From positions 1 to 46,548 of the forward strand of contig CALXJZ010000003.1 of assembly GCA_944388745.1 (NCBI GenBank): a stretch of 46,548 bases of DNA, given 5' to 3'. The translations under genes were made by a program, and so were the position numbers. This DNA is from an uncultured Clostridia bacterium. Its GTDB lineage: Bacteria; Bacillota; Clostridia; TANB77; CAG-508. Positions 17,801 to 27,000 of this stretch are shown here, piece after piece. The notes beneath the pieces were generated by a model. The model saw only the letters and a list, made by a program, of their open reading frames with translations, was not told the DNA's origin and did no database searches. Positions within the stretch are counted from its first letter, which is position 1, and the number at the start of each line of letters is the position of its first letter.

Positions 17801-19673
17801 TCAATACTTTGCAATTATAGAAAACATTTCAGATGAAGAACAAACAGATGTAAAAGTACATACAAATTTCTCTAACAATTTAGAACCACAAAGAGTAACT
17901 TTAATTTCTGGAATGGGTGAAGAAAATGAAGAAATTTATAGAGTAGGGGCAGATGAAGATACATCAAGTTCATATACTCAAAATGATGAAGAGATAACAG
18001 AAACAGTTGATGATGGTATTACATCAGAAGATTTAGAATATAGTGATGAAATGAATATAGGAACAATAGCAGCAGGAGAAACAAAAGTATTGAGTTATGA
18101 CATGTTAATAACTAAAACAGAAGAAAATGCAATTAATTTCTCAGTTGTAGTAGATGATGGTGAAAAAGAATATAACTCAAATGCATTATCAGATGAGGTA
18201 AAAGACTTTGCTATTGATTTAAGTATGGAAGATAAAACAGGAACACAAAATGTAAAATCAGGAGATGTAATAACTTATAGTATTAAAGTTAAAAATGAGA
18301 CAAATACACAAACTAAAGACTTAATAATAAGAGATAATATTCCAACTCAATTAACAATTCAAAGAATTTTAATAAATGGAGAAGAATATGAAATCTCTGA
18401 TACAAATAATTTAGAAATACCTATTGATATAGAGGCAAATGGAGAAACTGAAATTGAAATACAAGCAGTAGTTAATTATTCAGAAGGAAGAGTACAATCA
18501 GAAGCAATTACAAATGTAGCCACTGCTGAAGTATATGGAGAAACAATAGCAACTACGTCAGAAATTACACATATTATTTTGGCAAATGATAATTCAGGAG
18601 AAGGCGGAAGCGGAAATGGTCAAAATGATGTAGAAGATAATGATGTAGCAACAGGAACTAGCACAATATCTGGACTTGCTTGGTATGATGAAAATGGCAA
18701 TGGTAGAAAAGATGATTCAGAACAGTTATTACGTGGAATAAAAGTAAAATTATTAAATGTTGAGACAAATAATATAGTAAAAGATACTTCAGGAAACGAA
18801 TTAGAAGCTACAACAAATGAAAATGGTGTATATGTACTAGATAAAATAGGAAACGGCAGATATATAGCAATATTTGAATATGACAATTCTCAATATACTT
18901 TAACAAGATATAAAGCAACTGATGTACCTGAAAACCAAAATTCAGATGTTTTAATGAATAATTTAACAATAAATGGTGAAAATGAACAAGTTGCTTCAAC
19001 AGATATTTTAGAAATAAATAATGATAATATTTCAAATATTAACATTGGTTTAGCTTTATTACAAAATTATGATTTAAAACTAGATAAATATGTAAGTAGA
19101 ATAGTTATGCAAAATAGCAGTGGAACAACAGTTAGAGAATATCAAGATGAAACAATGGCTAAAGCAGAGTTAGATGCAAAACAAATAAATGGAACAACAG
19201 TTATAGTAGAGTATCAGATTAAAGTAACAAATGTTGGAGAAGTAACGGGATATGTTAGAAAAATAGCAGATTATATACCAAGTGATATGACATTTAATTC
19301 AGAACTTAATAAAGACTGGTATCAAACAGGAGATACAGTATATACATCAATTTTATCTAATGAGCCAATAGCAGCAGGAGAAACAAAAACAGTTACATTA
19401 ACATTAGTAAAAACGATGACAGAAAATAGTACTGGACGTATGAACAATAGGGCAGAAATTGCAGAGGATTATAATGATTTAGGACTTTCAGATATTAATT
19501 CTACACCAGGAAATCAAGTGTCAGGTGAAAATGACATGGGAAGTGCAGATGTTATTCTAAGTATTAGAACAGGTGGAGCTTTATATATAAGTATTGCTGT
19601 TGCAATTTTAGTAATACTAGTAATTACAGGATTTGTGATTTGGAAAAAAAGAAATCACATTAAAGAAATATAA
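14838..19673 (+). CDS. Large secreted wall/membrane-anchored Ig-fold repeat protein 'A' (DUF11-like and SdrD B-like domains)
   Basis: Signal peptide (..SYA-A); G.VI.Y.I.V.N DUF11-like repeats; ISGLAWYDENGNG SdrD-B; C-terminal SIRTG + TM + KKR. ATG after aaaggagg. Confidence 0.85.
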   Translation: MKNRILKIATIIMLIMTLTVTNFIFVGSSLISYAANALETNHKNVEFNAYFTDGNNQEISSVDMSNMEDIYLNMQIEVKNEGYFNGKITIEDSNFTLKSTDSNYVNNIEGNAITLNQINANTKAEIKVNVGLNKDEIFNIDNLSKTNLINLEGNYYDSTEKDINIKAERELKLDLVENYTSDNVSDSIEIITNKITSVDGEEKRVIQLLWNVGLKENNYPMKELEANITVPTIDGKRAEVTKVVDFNEMTYYDYTYDGSNVTFKFTNKPSDNNEIRWKLDGTEKIVLTYIYDSDVEINSQEIIAEQKIKLYDDKELSYTQNIILDNEEKDNIVTITSAPEQQSMYKGKLYAGLEKEYVINTSININFAKAIIGGITLQESTNQNVIRDVYTRTVVSKDQFDELFGQTGEITIYDENSQVIGRITNSTPIDENRNIVITYSTEPTAIRLETSIPIAEGTLKIKNYKKLVSNSSSNIAELGQIGYISEVGYNNNKIGQVENSIDLQETTTQSKFEIDKSTLSTIADNSVEMRATLLTNNEQYDLYQNPVFRFELPEQVENIEITGVELLYENELEVANYTIDGRNIIVTLEGKQTDYKETAVEGAILVINANIAVNKKAPTTDTAITMYYENENAHSYVDGTSIGSETQDIKIVAPKDLTIINSIPEISLETTGQDENASVNLITQDVPKQLEIHSEIINTTESRMNNVRILGTLLTDSSKNNLGIQIVDGLQISNRADITIYYTENENATNDLNSVDNGWSKEFTQNAKKYLVIIDQLETGESIEISYNVQIPETLEYNKKAEEYYSVSYVSGETSVENTLSSSIITLETGIGPKLEAKLSATIGGKEITQNVKNGEVIQYNIEVSNTGSENIDNIEVIGQVPDGTTMVVPEEDYEYTGASYYEELQDREYKTTIENIEPGDVKTVTYEVRVNSDTPEGTKLENKLQVAFNGVTSETEAHVLTTEKGNLRVTVKRVTDRSVDLYTAGVVQYFAIIENISDEEQTDVKVHTNFSNNLEPQRVTLISGMGEENEEIYRVGADEDTSSSYTQNDEEITETVDDGITSEDLEYSDEMNIGTIAAGETKVLSYDMLITKTEENAINFSVVVDDGEKEYNSNALSDEVKDFAIDLSMEDKTGTQNVKSGDVITYSIKVKNETNTQTKDLIIRDNIPTQLTIQRILINGEEYEISDTNNLEIPIDIEANGETEIEIQAVVNYSEGRVQSEAITNVATAEVYGETIATTSEITHIILANDNSGEGGSGNGQNDVEDNDVATGTSTISGLAWYDENGNGRKDDSEQLLRGIKVKLLNVETNNIVKDTSGNELEATTNENGVYVLDKIGNGRYIAIFEYDNSQYTLTRYKATDVPENQNSDVLMNNLTINGENEQVASTDILEINNDNISNINIGLALLQNYDLKLDKYVSRIVMQNSSGTTVREYQDETMAKAELDAKQINGTTVIVEYQIKVTNVGEVTGYVRKIADYIPSDMTFNSELNKDWYQTGDTVYTSILSNEPIAAGETKTVTLTLVKTMTENSTGRMNNRAEIAEDYNDLGLSDINSTPGNQVSGENDMGSADVILSIRTGGALYISIAVAILVILVITGFVIWKKRNHIKEI

Positions 19674-19694
19674 TGGGAAAGGAGGAAGAGAGCA

Positions 19695-22600
19695 ATGAAT
19701 AGAATGATTAACAAAACTAAAAAGATAGTTTTAACAATAATAGCAATGGTCTTTGGAGTATTAAGTTTTACTACCGTAAGTTCAGCATATTATGTAGGCC
19801 AACGATTAAGTGTTTCATATTGGCAATATATGAGTAATTCTAATATATATTGTGTTGAGCATGGGCAAGCATTAAGAAATACTGTTTCATATAAAATCAT
19901 ATCTGAAATTGATATAAATGGTAAAACATCAACAGATTATACTGGAAAACAAATTACACATAATGATAATGCGAAACTTGCATATATATTATCAGGAGAT
20001 AATGGAAGTAATAAAAGTACAGGACCAGTAGCAAATGGAATATGGAACTTCATGTATACATGGATGCAAAGTGTAGGTCAACATCATGCAGGCTTATATA
20101 AAGGATTCGTAAGTAATACTAAAGGAAATAGTAGTTATCTAAATTCAGCAGCAAATAATTATGCTAATAATCTAGGTGATGCTAAAATTACTGATAATAC
20201 AAATAAAAATAATATTCAAGTAAAAGCTTATCAAAGAAACGGACACGATTATTTAAGAATTGGACCATTTAATTGGACTTTCTCTGGAACTATTACAGGA
20301 GTTACAGCTCTTGACCAAAATAACAATGGTATAAAAGGAATGATATATAGTAGTTTCAATGGAAATAGTGAATACTGGTATAATGTAAATCAGATTAAAT
20401 CAGGAAGAGATTTTTATATATCAATTCCAGCAGATGGAAATGTAACTCGAATAACTCAGATTTCAGCAACTGCTAGTATAGATGTTAAAGGTGTAAAAAT
20501 ATGGTTTTTGGAAGCAAACAATGGATATATGCAAAACTTAATTATCAGAGAACCACATACAGGAAAAGATGAAATTACAACACCATTTGATTATGATATA
20601 CCTATTCAAGGAAACTTAAGAGTAATAAAAGTAAATGAAGATAACCATGAAATTAGATTACAAGGAGTTGGTTTCTATATCCAACATAAACAAACTGGAA
20701 AATATGTACATCAAGATTCAAATGGTAATATTTCATATGTGGATTCAAGAGAACAAGCAACAGAATTTGTAACAGATTCTAATGGAGAGATTTTAATTAG
20801 AAACTTGATTGTCGGTACATATGTAGCATATGAAACTAAAAATCCTAATTATGGATATGAAATTATAAAAGATGGGCAAGAACAACAAATAGCAGTTGAT
20901 AAAACAACAGACTTTGTTATAGGAAATAAACAAATATATGTTAAATTATCTGGATTTGTATGGGTTGATAAACAAGCTGAAAAACAATGGATAAGAAATG
21001 ACTTATATCATGATGATGAATTTGATATAAATGATATTTTATTAAATGGTATAACTGTACGACTAAAAGATAGAACAACAGGTGAAACTGTAAAAGAAAT
21101 GGTAACAGGAGAAAATTCAGATTTAGGTGATGGACAATACTTGTTTACAGATGTATTGATTGAAAAATTATCTGATTACTATATTGAATTTGAATATGAC
21201 GGATTAACATATACAAATGTAGTACCACACTTATATGATGAAAATGGAAATGATTTACCAAATGGTTCTAAATCGGCAGAAAGTGCAGAAGATAGAGATG
21301 CATTTAATAGAGGATTTAGTGTAGTAGAGGGAAGAACACAAACAACTGGATATACACTTGATGAAAATGGTAATGAAAAACATCAATTGACATACAACTA
21401 TGATTCAACAGAGCATAAATCAACATTAATTAACAATGGACAATATCCAATAACAGCAAATACAGATGTTACGGAATATATAATAAGGGAACATTATACA
21501 GTCGGACAAGAAGAGATAAAATATATTAATTTAGGTTTATATGAAAGAGAACAGCCAGATTTAGCAATAGCTAAGGATATTGAAAATGTAAGAGTTACAG
21601 TAAATGGATATGAACATACATATGAATATGCACAAAGATTTAACCATCCAGAAAATTATGGTGGAGAAGGATTTAATGTAGGTGTTAAATTTGGAGAAAA
21701 ATATGCAGCTGAGCCATATACAAGAGCAATTTATGAAGCAGATTATGAATATGTAAATGAAAATGACCCAAGTAAAGAACTAAAAGTATATATTACGTAT
21801 AAAATAGCAATGAAAAATGAATCAACTAATTTAATTGCTCAAATAAATAGTATTGTAGATTATTATGACAGCAGATATAGTATTATTGGAGTAGGTACAG
21901 GTGTAGATGAAAGAGGCAATATAACTGGTGGACTTGAATATACAGAGGGAACTTATAATGATAATTACAAGAAAGTTGTAATTAATAATAATACTAGAAT
22001 AGACCCATTAACAAGTACATTAGATTCAAATGAAGGAAATGTATATGTACAATTTGAATTAAATAGAGAAGCAGTAATAAATGTATTAAATGGACAAGAA
22101 ACTCTAGATAATGTAGTTGAAATTAATTCATATTCAATATTTGATATCAATGGAAATATATATGCAGGTATAGATAAAGATTCTAATCCAGGAACTACTA
22201 ACCCTGAAAATAAAGCAACATATGAAGATGATACAGATGCAGCATTATCATTAAGATTAGAAGTTGCAGACGCAAGGGAAATGACAGGTAAAGTATTTGA
22301 AGATGAACCAGTAGCAGAAAGTGGAGAAGATGTATCTGGAGTTATGACAGGAAAAGTAAGACAAGGTAGTGGAATTTACGAAGATGGTGAAACTGGAATT
22401 GCAGGAGTAGAAGTTACATTAACAGAAAATACAGGAAGCGGAAAAGTATATAATGCAACAACAGATGCAAATGGTGATTTCTATATAAGTGGATATATAC
22501 CAGGAGACTATACATTAACATATACTTGGGGAGATCAAACTTATACAGTACAAAACTATAAAGGTACAGTGTATAATGCTGATAGAGATCAAAATAATAA

Positions 22601-23672
22601 AGAATGGTATAAGCAAGATGTTGATATACGTTATACAGATGCTTTAGATGATTATGAATTAAGACAAGCAATAGATGCAGAATTAACACATATAGAAAAT
22701 AGTACACAGACAACGATTGACAAGATGAATTCTATGACTCCAACTATGGGAATAGGTGTAGAATATGACACAACAACAACTGCATCAACAGGAGATAGAT
22801 ACACATATCAAATAAGAAACATAGACTTTGGTATTATAGAAAGGGCTAAACAAGATATATCAATTAATAAAAGAGTAAAAACATTAAAAGTTACATTAGC
22901 TAATGGACAAGTAGTAAATAATATTACAATAGAAGATGATGGAAGCATAACAGGAGATAAAAGTAATATTACTTATATGCCACCATCAGACATGACACAA
23001 CCTGCTAATGGATTTATAAGAGTAGAGCTAGATAATGAAGTAATGCAAGGGGCAACATTAGAAGTAGGATATGAATTTGTAGTGACAAATAATAGCGAAT
23101 TAGATTATTTATCAGAAAGATTCTATAAATATGGAATTGTAGAAGGAAATGTAGTAACAATTAATGCAACTGGAATTATAGACTATCTAGATAAGGATTG
23201 GGCTTTTGATAGTGAAACTAATACACAATGGCAAATAAAAACATTAGATGAAGTAAAAGACCTATTACAAGAGGAAGTTTATCAAACAGAGACTTCAACA
23301 ATTGATGATAAAACAATTCTTTATACTGATAGTTTAAAAGATGCACAAATTGAACCTACTCAATCTGAAAGTATAATGTTAAATGTATCAAAAATCTTAA
23401 CAACAAGTGAAGATATATCTTTAGATAATGAAACTGAAATTGTAGAAGTAGACAAAACAGGAGGATCAGATTTAGTATCTACACCAGGTAACTATATACC
23501 AGGTACAGGCCATACAGAATCAGATGATGATATGGCAGAAACGGTTATAGTTACACCAGCAACAGGAGATAACTTATCATATATTCTACCAATTTCAATT
23601 GGAATAATTGCATTATTAGTAATAGGTGTAGGAGTTATAGTTATAAAGAAAAAAGCATTAGGAAATAATTAA
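19695..23672 (+). CDS. Large surface protein 'B': thioester-domain-like head, SpaA/prealbumin-like and SdrD B-like domains, sorting signal
   Basis: Signal peptide (VSSA); IYCVEHG (C53), ANGIW, MQNLII (Q280); GNLRVIK...GTYVAYETK; TPATG + TM + KKK. Confidence 0.85.
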   Translation: MNRMINKTKKIVLTIIAMVFGVLSFTTVSSAYYVGQRLSVSYWQYMSNSNIYCVEHGQALRNTVSYKIISEIDINGKTSTDYTGKQITHNDNAKLAYILSGDNGSNKSTGPVANGIWNFMYTWMQSVGQHHAGLYKGFVSNTKGNSSYLNSAANNYANNLGDAKITDNTNKNNIQVKAYQRNGHDYLRIGPFNWTFSGTITGVTALDQNNNGIKGMIYSSFNGNSEYWYNVNQIKSGRDFYISIPADGNVTRITQISATASIDVKGVKIWFLEANNGYMQNLIIREPHTGKDEITTPFDYDIPIQGNLRVIKVNEDNHEIRLQGVGFYIQHKQTGKYVHQDSNGNISYVDSREQATEFVTDSNGEILIRNLIVGTYVAYETKNPNYGYEIIKDGQEQQIAVDKTTDFVIGNKQIYVKLSGFVWVDKQAEKQWIRNDLYHDDEFDINDILLNGITVRLKDRTTGETVKEMVTGENSDLGDGQYLFTDVLIEKLSDYYIEFEYDGLTYTNVVPHLYDENGNDLPNGSKSAESAEDRDAFNRGFSVVEGRTQTTGYTLDENGNEKHQLTYNYDSTEHKSTLINNGQYPITANTDVTEYIIREHYTVGQEEIKYINLGLYEREQPDLAIAKDIENVRVTVNGYEHTYEYAQRFNHPENYGGEGFNVGVKFGEKYAAEPYTRAIYEADYEYVNENDPSKELKVYITYKIAMKNESTNLIAQINSIVDYYDSRYSIIGVGTGVDERGNITGGLEYTEGTYNDNYKKVVINNNTRIDPLTSTLDSNEGNVYVQFELNREAVINVLNGQETLDNVVEINSYSIFDINGNIYAGIDKDSNPGTTNPENKATYEDDTDAALSLRLEVADAREMTGKVFEDEPVAESGEDVSGVMTGKVRQGSGIYEDGETGIAGVEVTLTENTGSGKVYNATTDANGDFYISGYIPGDYTLTYTWGDQTYTVQNYKGTVYNADRDQNNKEWYKQDVDIRYTDALDDYELRQAIDAELTHIENSTQTTIDKMNSMTPTMGIGVEYDTTTTASTGDRYTYQIRNIDFGIIERAKQDISINKRVKTLKVTLANGQVVNNITIEDDGSITGDKSNITYMPPSDMTQPANGFIRVELDNEVMQGATLEVGYEFVVTNNSELDYLSERFYKYGIVEGNVVTINATGIIDYLDKDWAFDSETNTQWQIKTLDEVKDLLQEEVYQTETSTIDDKTILYTDSLKDAQIEPTQSESIMLNVSKILTTSEDISLDNETEIVEVDKTGGSDLVSTPGNYIPGTGHTESDDDMAETVIVTPATGDNLSYILPISIGIIALLVIGVGVIVIKKKALGNN

Positions 23673-23717
23673 TTTGCTACTAATAATATAACAATTAGCA
23701 AAGTGACAAAAAACGAT

Positions 23718-23766
23718 AAAAATAATAGTATAAGATAATATATTTTCTTATACTATTATTTTTTTA
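23718..23766 (+). terminator. Intrinsic terminator after gene B
   Basis: aaaaataatagtataaga ... tcttatactattattttttt. Confidence 0.75.
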
Positions 23767-24028
23767 TTGCATGAAAAATGATTTAGAAAAGATGTATTTT
23801 AATTATCCCTAGTGTTTTAGAAATGTAATAAAAAATTATAATAACAAATGTTACAAATATTACAAAAATGTAAAATAAATATAAAATTGAGACATAAAAA
23901 AGCATGAAATGACTTTCCGTAGAAGATATTTAGCCTCAAAAAATTTTTTGGAAAAAATTGATATTGATTTAATTTTCAATAATAGCTAAGATATAAATAA
24001 AGAAAAATATATCTTATGGAGGAAGATT

Positions 24029-27000
24029 ATGAAGGGAAGAGTTTTTAAAACGGCAATTGTATTTCTGTTGATATTTACTATATTATTGAGTCATGCAGCA
24101 GTTTTAGCAGAAGAAGTGGTAAATAATATAGAAGAAAAAGCAAAAGCTTTAATCGAAGTATCAATTAGTAAATATAATAATTTTAATATAGAAGAAAGGA
24201 AAGGTACTCTTTTACAATTCAATGTAAAAACAGGAATTGAATATGCAGAAGGCCAAGATTATGGTGCAATTAAAAAGACTACAACATTAGTAGATATTCC
24301 TGAATTAAATGGACAGTTACCTGAAAGAGTAGAAGTAATTGCTCAGAGTACTAAAGCTACTAATGGGCAAACTAGTAATATACAAGGCAATTATTCATAT
24401 GATAAAGAACAAGGAATATTGCAACTAATTGCTAGTAATGAGGGTGAGGAACCATATAATCAATATGATAGTTCATCAAGAGATGAATATGAAGTCATAT
24501 GTGTTTATGGAGAAAATGCGTATACAGAGCAAAATGAAGAACGAATTATTGAAATAAAGGCTGTAGTTAGTGAAGATTTATATAATGAAGAAATAGGAAG
24601 TGTGACACAAACAGTAACTCTACCACAAAATTTAACTGAAAATATAGGTAGTATTATTTCTTCAGATATAAGAACAGAAAACATTTATGATGGTTATATT
24701 AAATCAAATACGGCTCATAATACTGATTATCAAACTGCATATAAAGAATCTATGAATTTACTAATTAGTTATAAGGATATAGGAGAAAAAATAGTAATAG
24801 ATCAAAGTAATAGTTGGCAAGATGAAAATGAACAAAACTTGGATAATGTCGATAATGTTATTTATACAAGTACCCAAATAAGTAAACAAGATATGATAGG
24901 TATCTTAGGTGAAGAAGGAACTATAAAAGTATTAGCACAAGATGGAAGCATTATACAAGAAATAAATAAAGATACAGAAGAAGCTCAAGAAGGTATTATA
25001 GAGATAATATATCCAGAAAATACAGAAAATATAAAACTTGAATTTTCTAAACCAATTAAAGAAGGTATTATTAGATTACAAAATAATAAAATCATCAAAA
25101 GTAGTGTAACTAGTTTAAATGCAAAAAGAATAGTTACTAATGAAAGTATATCTTTATCAAATGGAGAAGTAATTGAAAACGCACAAAAAATTACAGAAAT
25201 ACAAAATGCAAAATCTAGTGTAAATCTTCAAATTGATAATAATGGTTTAGGAAATGGAGTTACTAATAATGTCGTTTTAACTGCAACTTTGAAATCAGAT
25301 AGTAGTGAATACAATTTATTTAGAAATCCAGTTTTAAGAATTACATTGCCAGCAGAAGTAGAAAAGGTTGTATTAGGTGATGTTTCTATATTATATGGAA
25401 ATGCTCTTAATATTGTGGAAAGTAATGTGGTTGACAATAGTGAAGGAAATAAAGAAATTGTTATTCAATTAGATGGAGAACAAACATCATATAATACTGA
25501 TAATATTAATGCAGGAGCTAATATTGTAATTCCAGCAAATATTGTATTAAAAAGTGATATTTCTTCAACACAATCTGTTATTAAAGCAAGTTATACAAAT
25601 GAAGTAGTATCTAGAAATGGCTATATTACAGAAGAAGGAAATTGTGATGATATTCCAATTGATATTGTTAATACTGTAGCTAGTGAAGGAAAAAATCAAG
25701 AAGAAGAAGTTTTATCATCAGATGCAAATCAGGATATACAAAATACAAATCAAAATACACAAACTTCAAATCAAGAAATTCAAGGCCAAGGAATTGAATT
25801 AGAAGTATATGCACAAGTTGGAGATAAGAGATTAGAAAATGGAGATAACATACATACAAGTGAAATTATAAAATATGTTGTAAGTGTTACAAATACAACT
25901 GATACTACAATGAATAATGTGCAAATTAATTGTCAAATACCAGAAAACACAGTATATGCAACAGTTGATATTGGAACATATACTCAAGAAGCTTATGATT
26001 ATATTGAAAATCCTGATTTAAAAGAATATAGGTTTGTTGCCGAGACATTAGAACCAGGGCAAACTAGAACAGGATTTTATGAGATTGTAGTTAAAGATTT
26101 AGCAGATAGTGAAAATGAAAAACAAATTAGTAATACAGTTTCAGTTAGTATTGGCAATACAGAATATGCAAGTACTACATTAGAAAATACATTAATAAAA
26201 TCAGATTTAGATGTATATTTGAAATCATATATTGCTAGAGATTTAAAAAATGGTTTTTCTTACTATTTAGATATTACTAATTTAACAGATCAAACTATAA
26301 ATGATGTAAAAGTAGAATCTACTGAATTTCAAAAGGAAATGAACATATTAGATGCTTATTATTATACAGATAGTGAATTAGCACTTCAAAAATTTGGAAC
26401 ATATGAAAATGGTAAGTTAGAGGGAGTAATTTCATCTATCGAACCAAATGAAACGATAACAATTGAAATTGTAGTAGAAGCATATAATTTTGATGATAAT
26501 GTAAATGAAGTTCCATTAACAATGTCTGTAAAATCATATACTGATGAAAATGATATATATTATTCAAATGAAAATAGGAGATCTGCATATCCAACATATG
26601 TAACAGTAAAAATGTCTTCTGATAGAGAAGGAGAAGAAGTTAGATATGGAGAAGAAGTTACATATATATTAGAGATAACAAATGAGTCAAAGATAAGAGC
26701 AAATGTTCATGTGTATGATTATTTACCAGAATATCTTGAACCTGTTTCTCTTGAGTATGAAAGATATATTATTGAAGATGATGGCTTTGGGGATACTATG
26801 TATGATATAGAAGCTGAGGCAAATATTGGTTATGAACTAGAAAAAGTAGAAAGAGATCTTTCACTAATTATTGAGGATCAGGCAAATATAGATGAATATT
26901 TAGAAATTCCAGCAGGAAAAACTGTTACAATGACAATTAAAGCAACAACAGTTGATACAAATGAGACAGTGCAAGTTTCTAATTATGCAACTGCGGAAAA

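Noticed and set aside
23824-23875. WalR box upstream of the giant gene (gttaca-aat-attaca)
   Set aside because: Half-site spacing is 3 nt rather than 5, in very AT-rich DNA.
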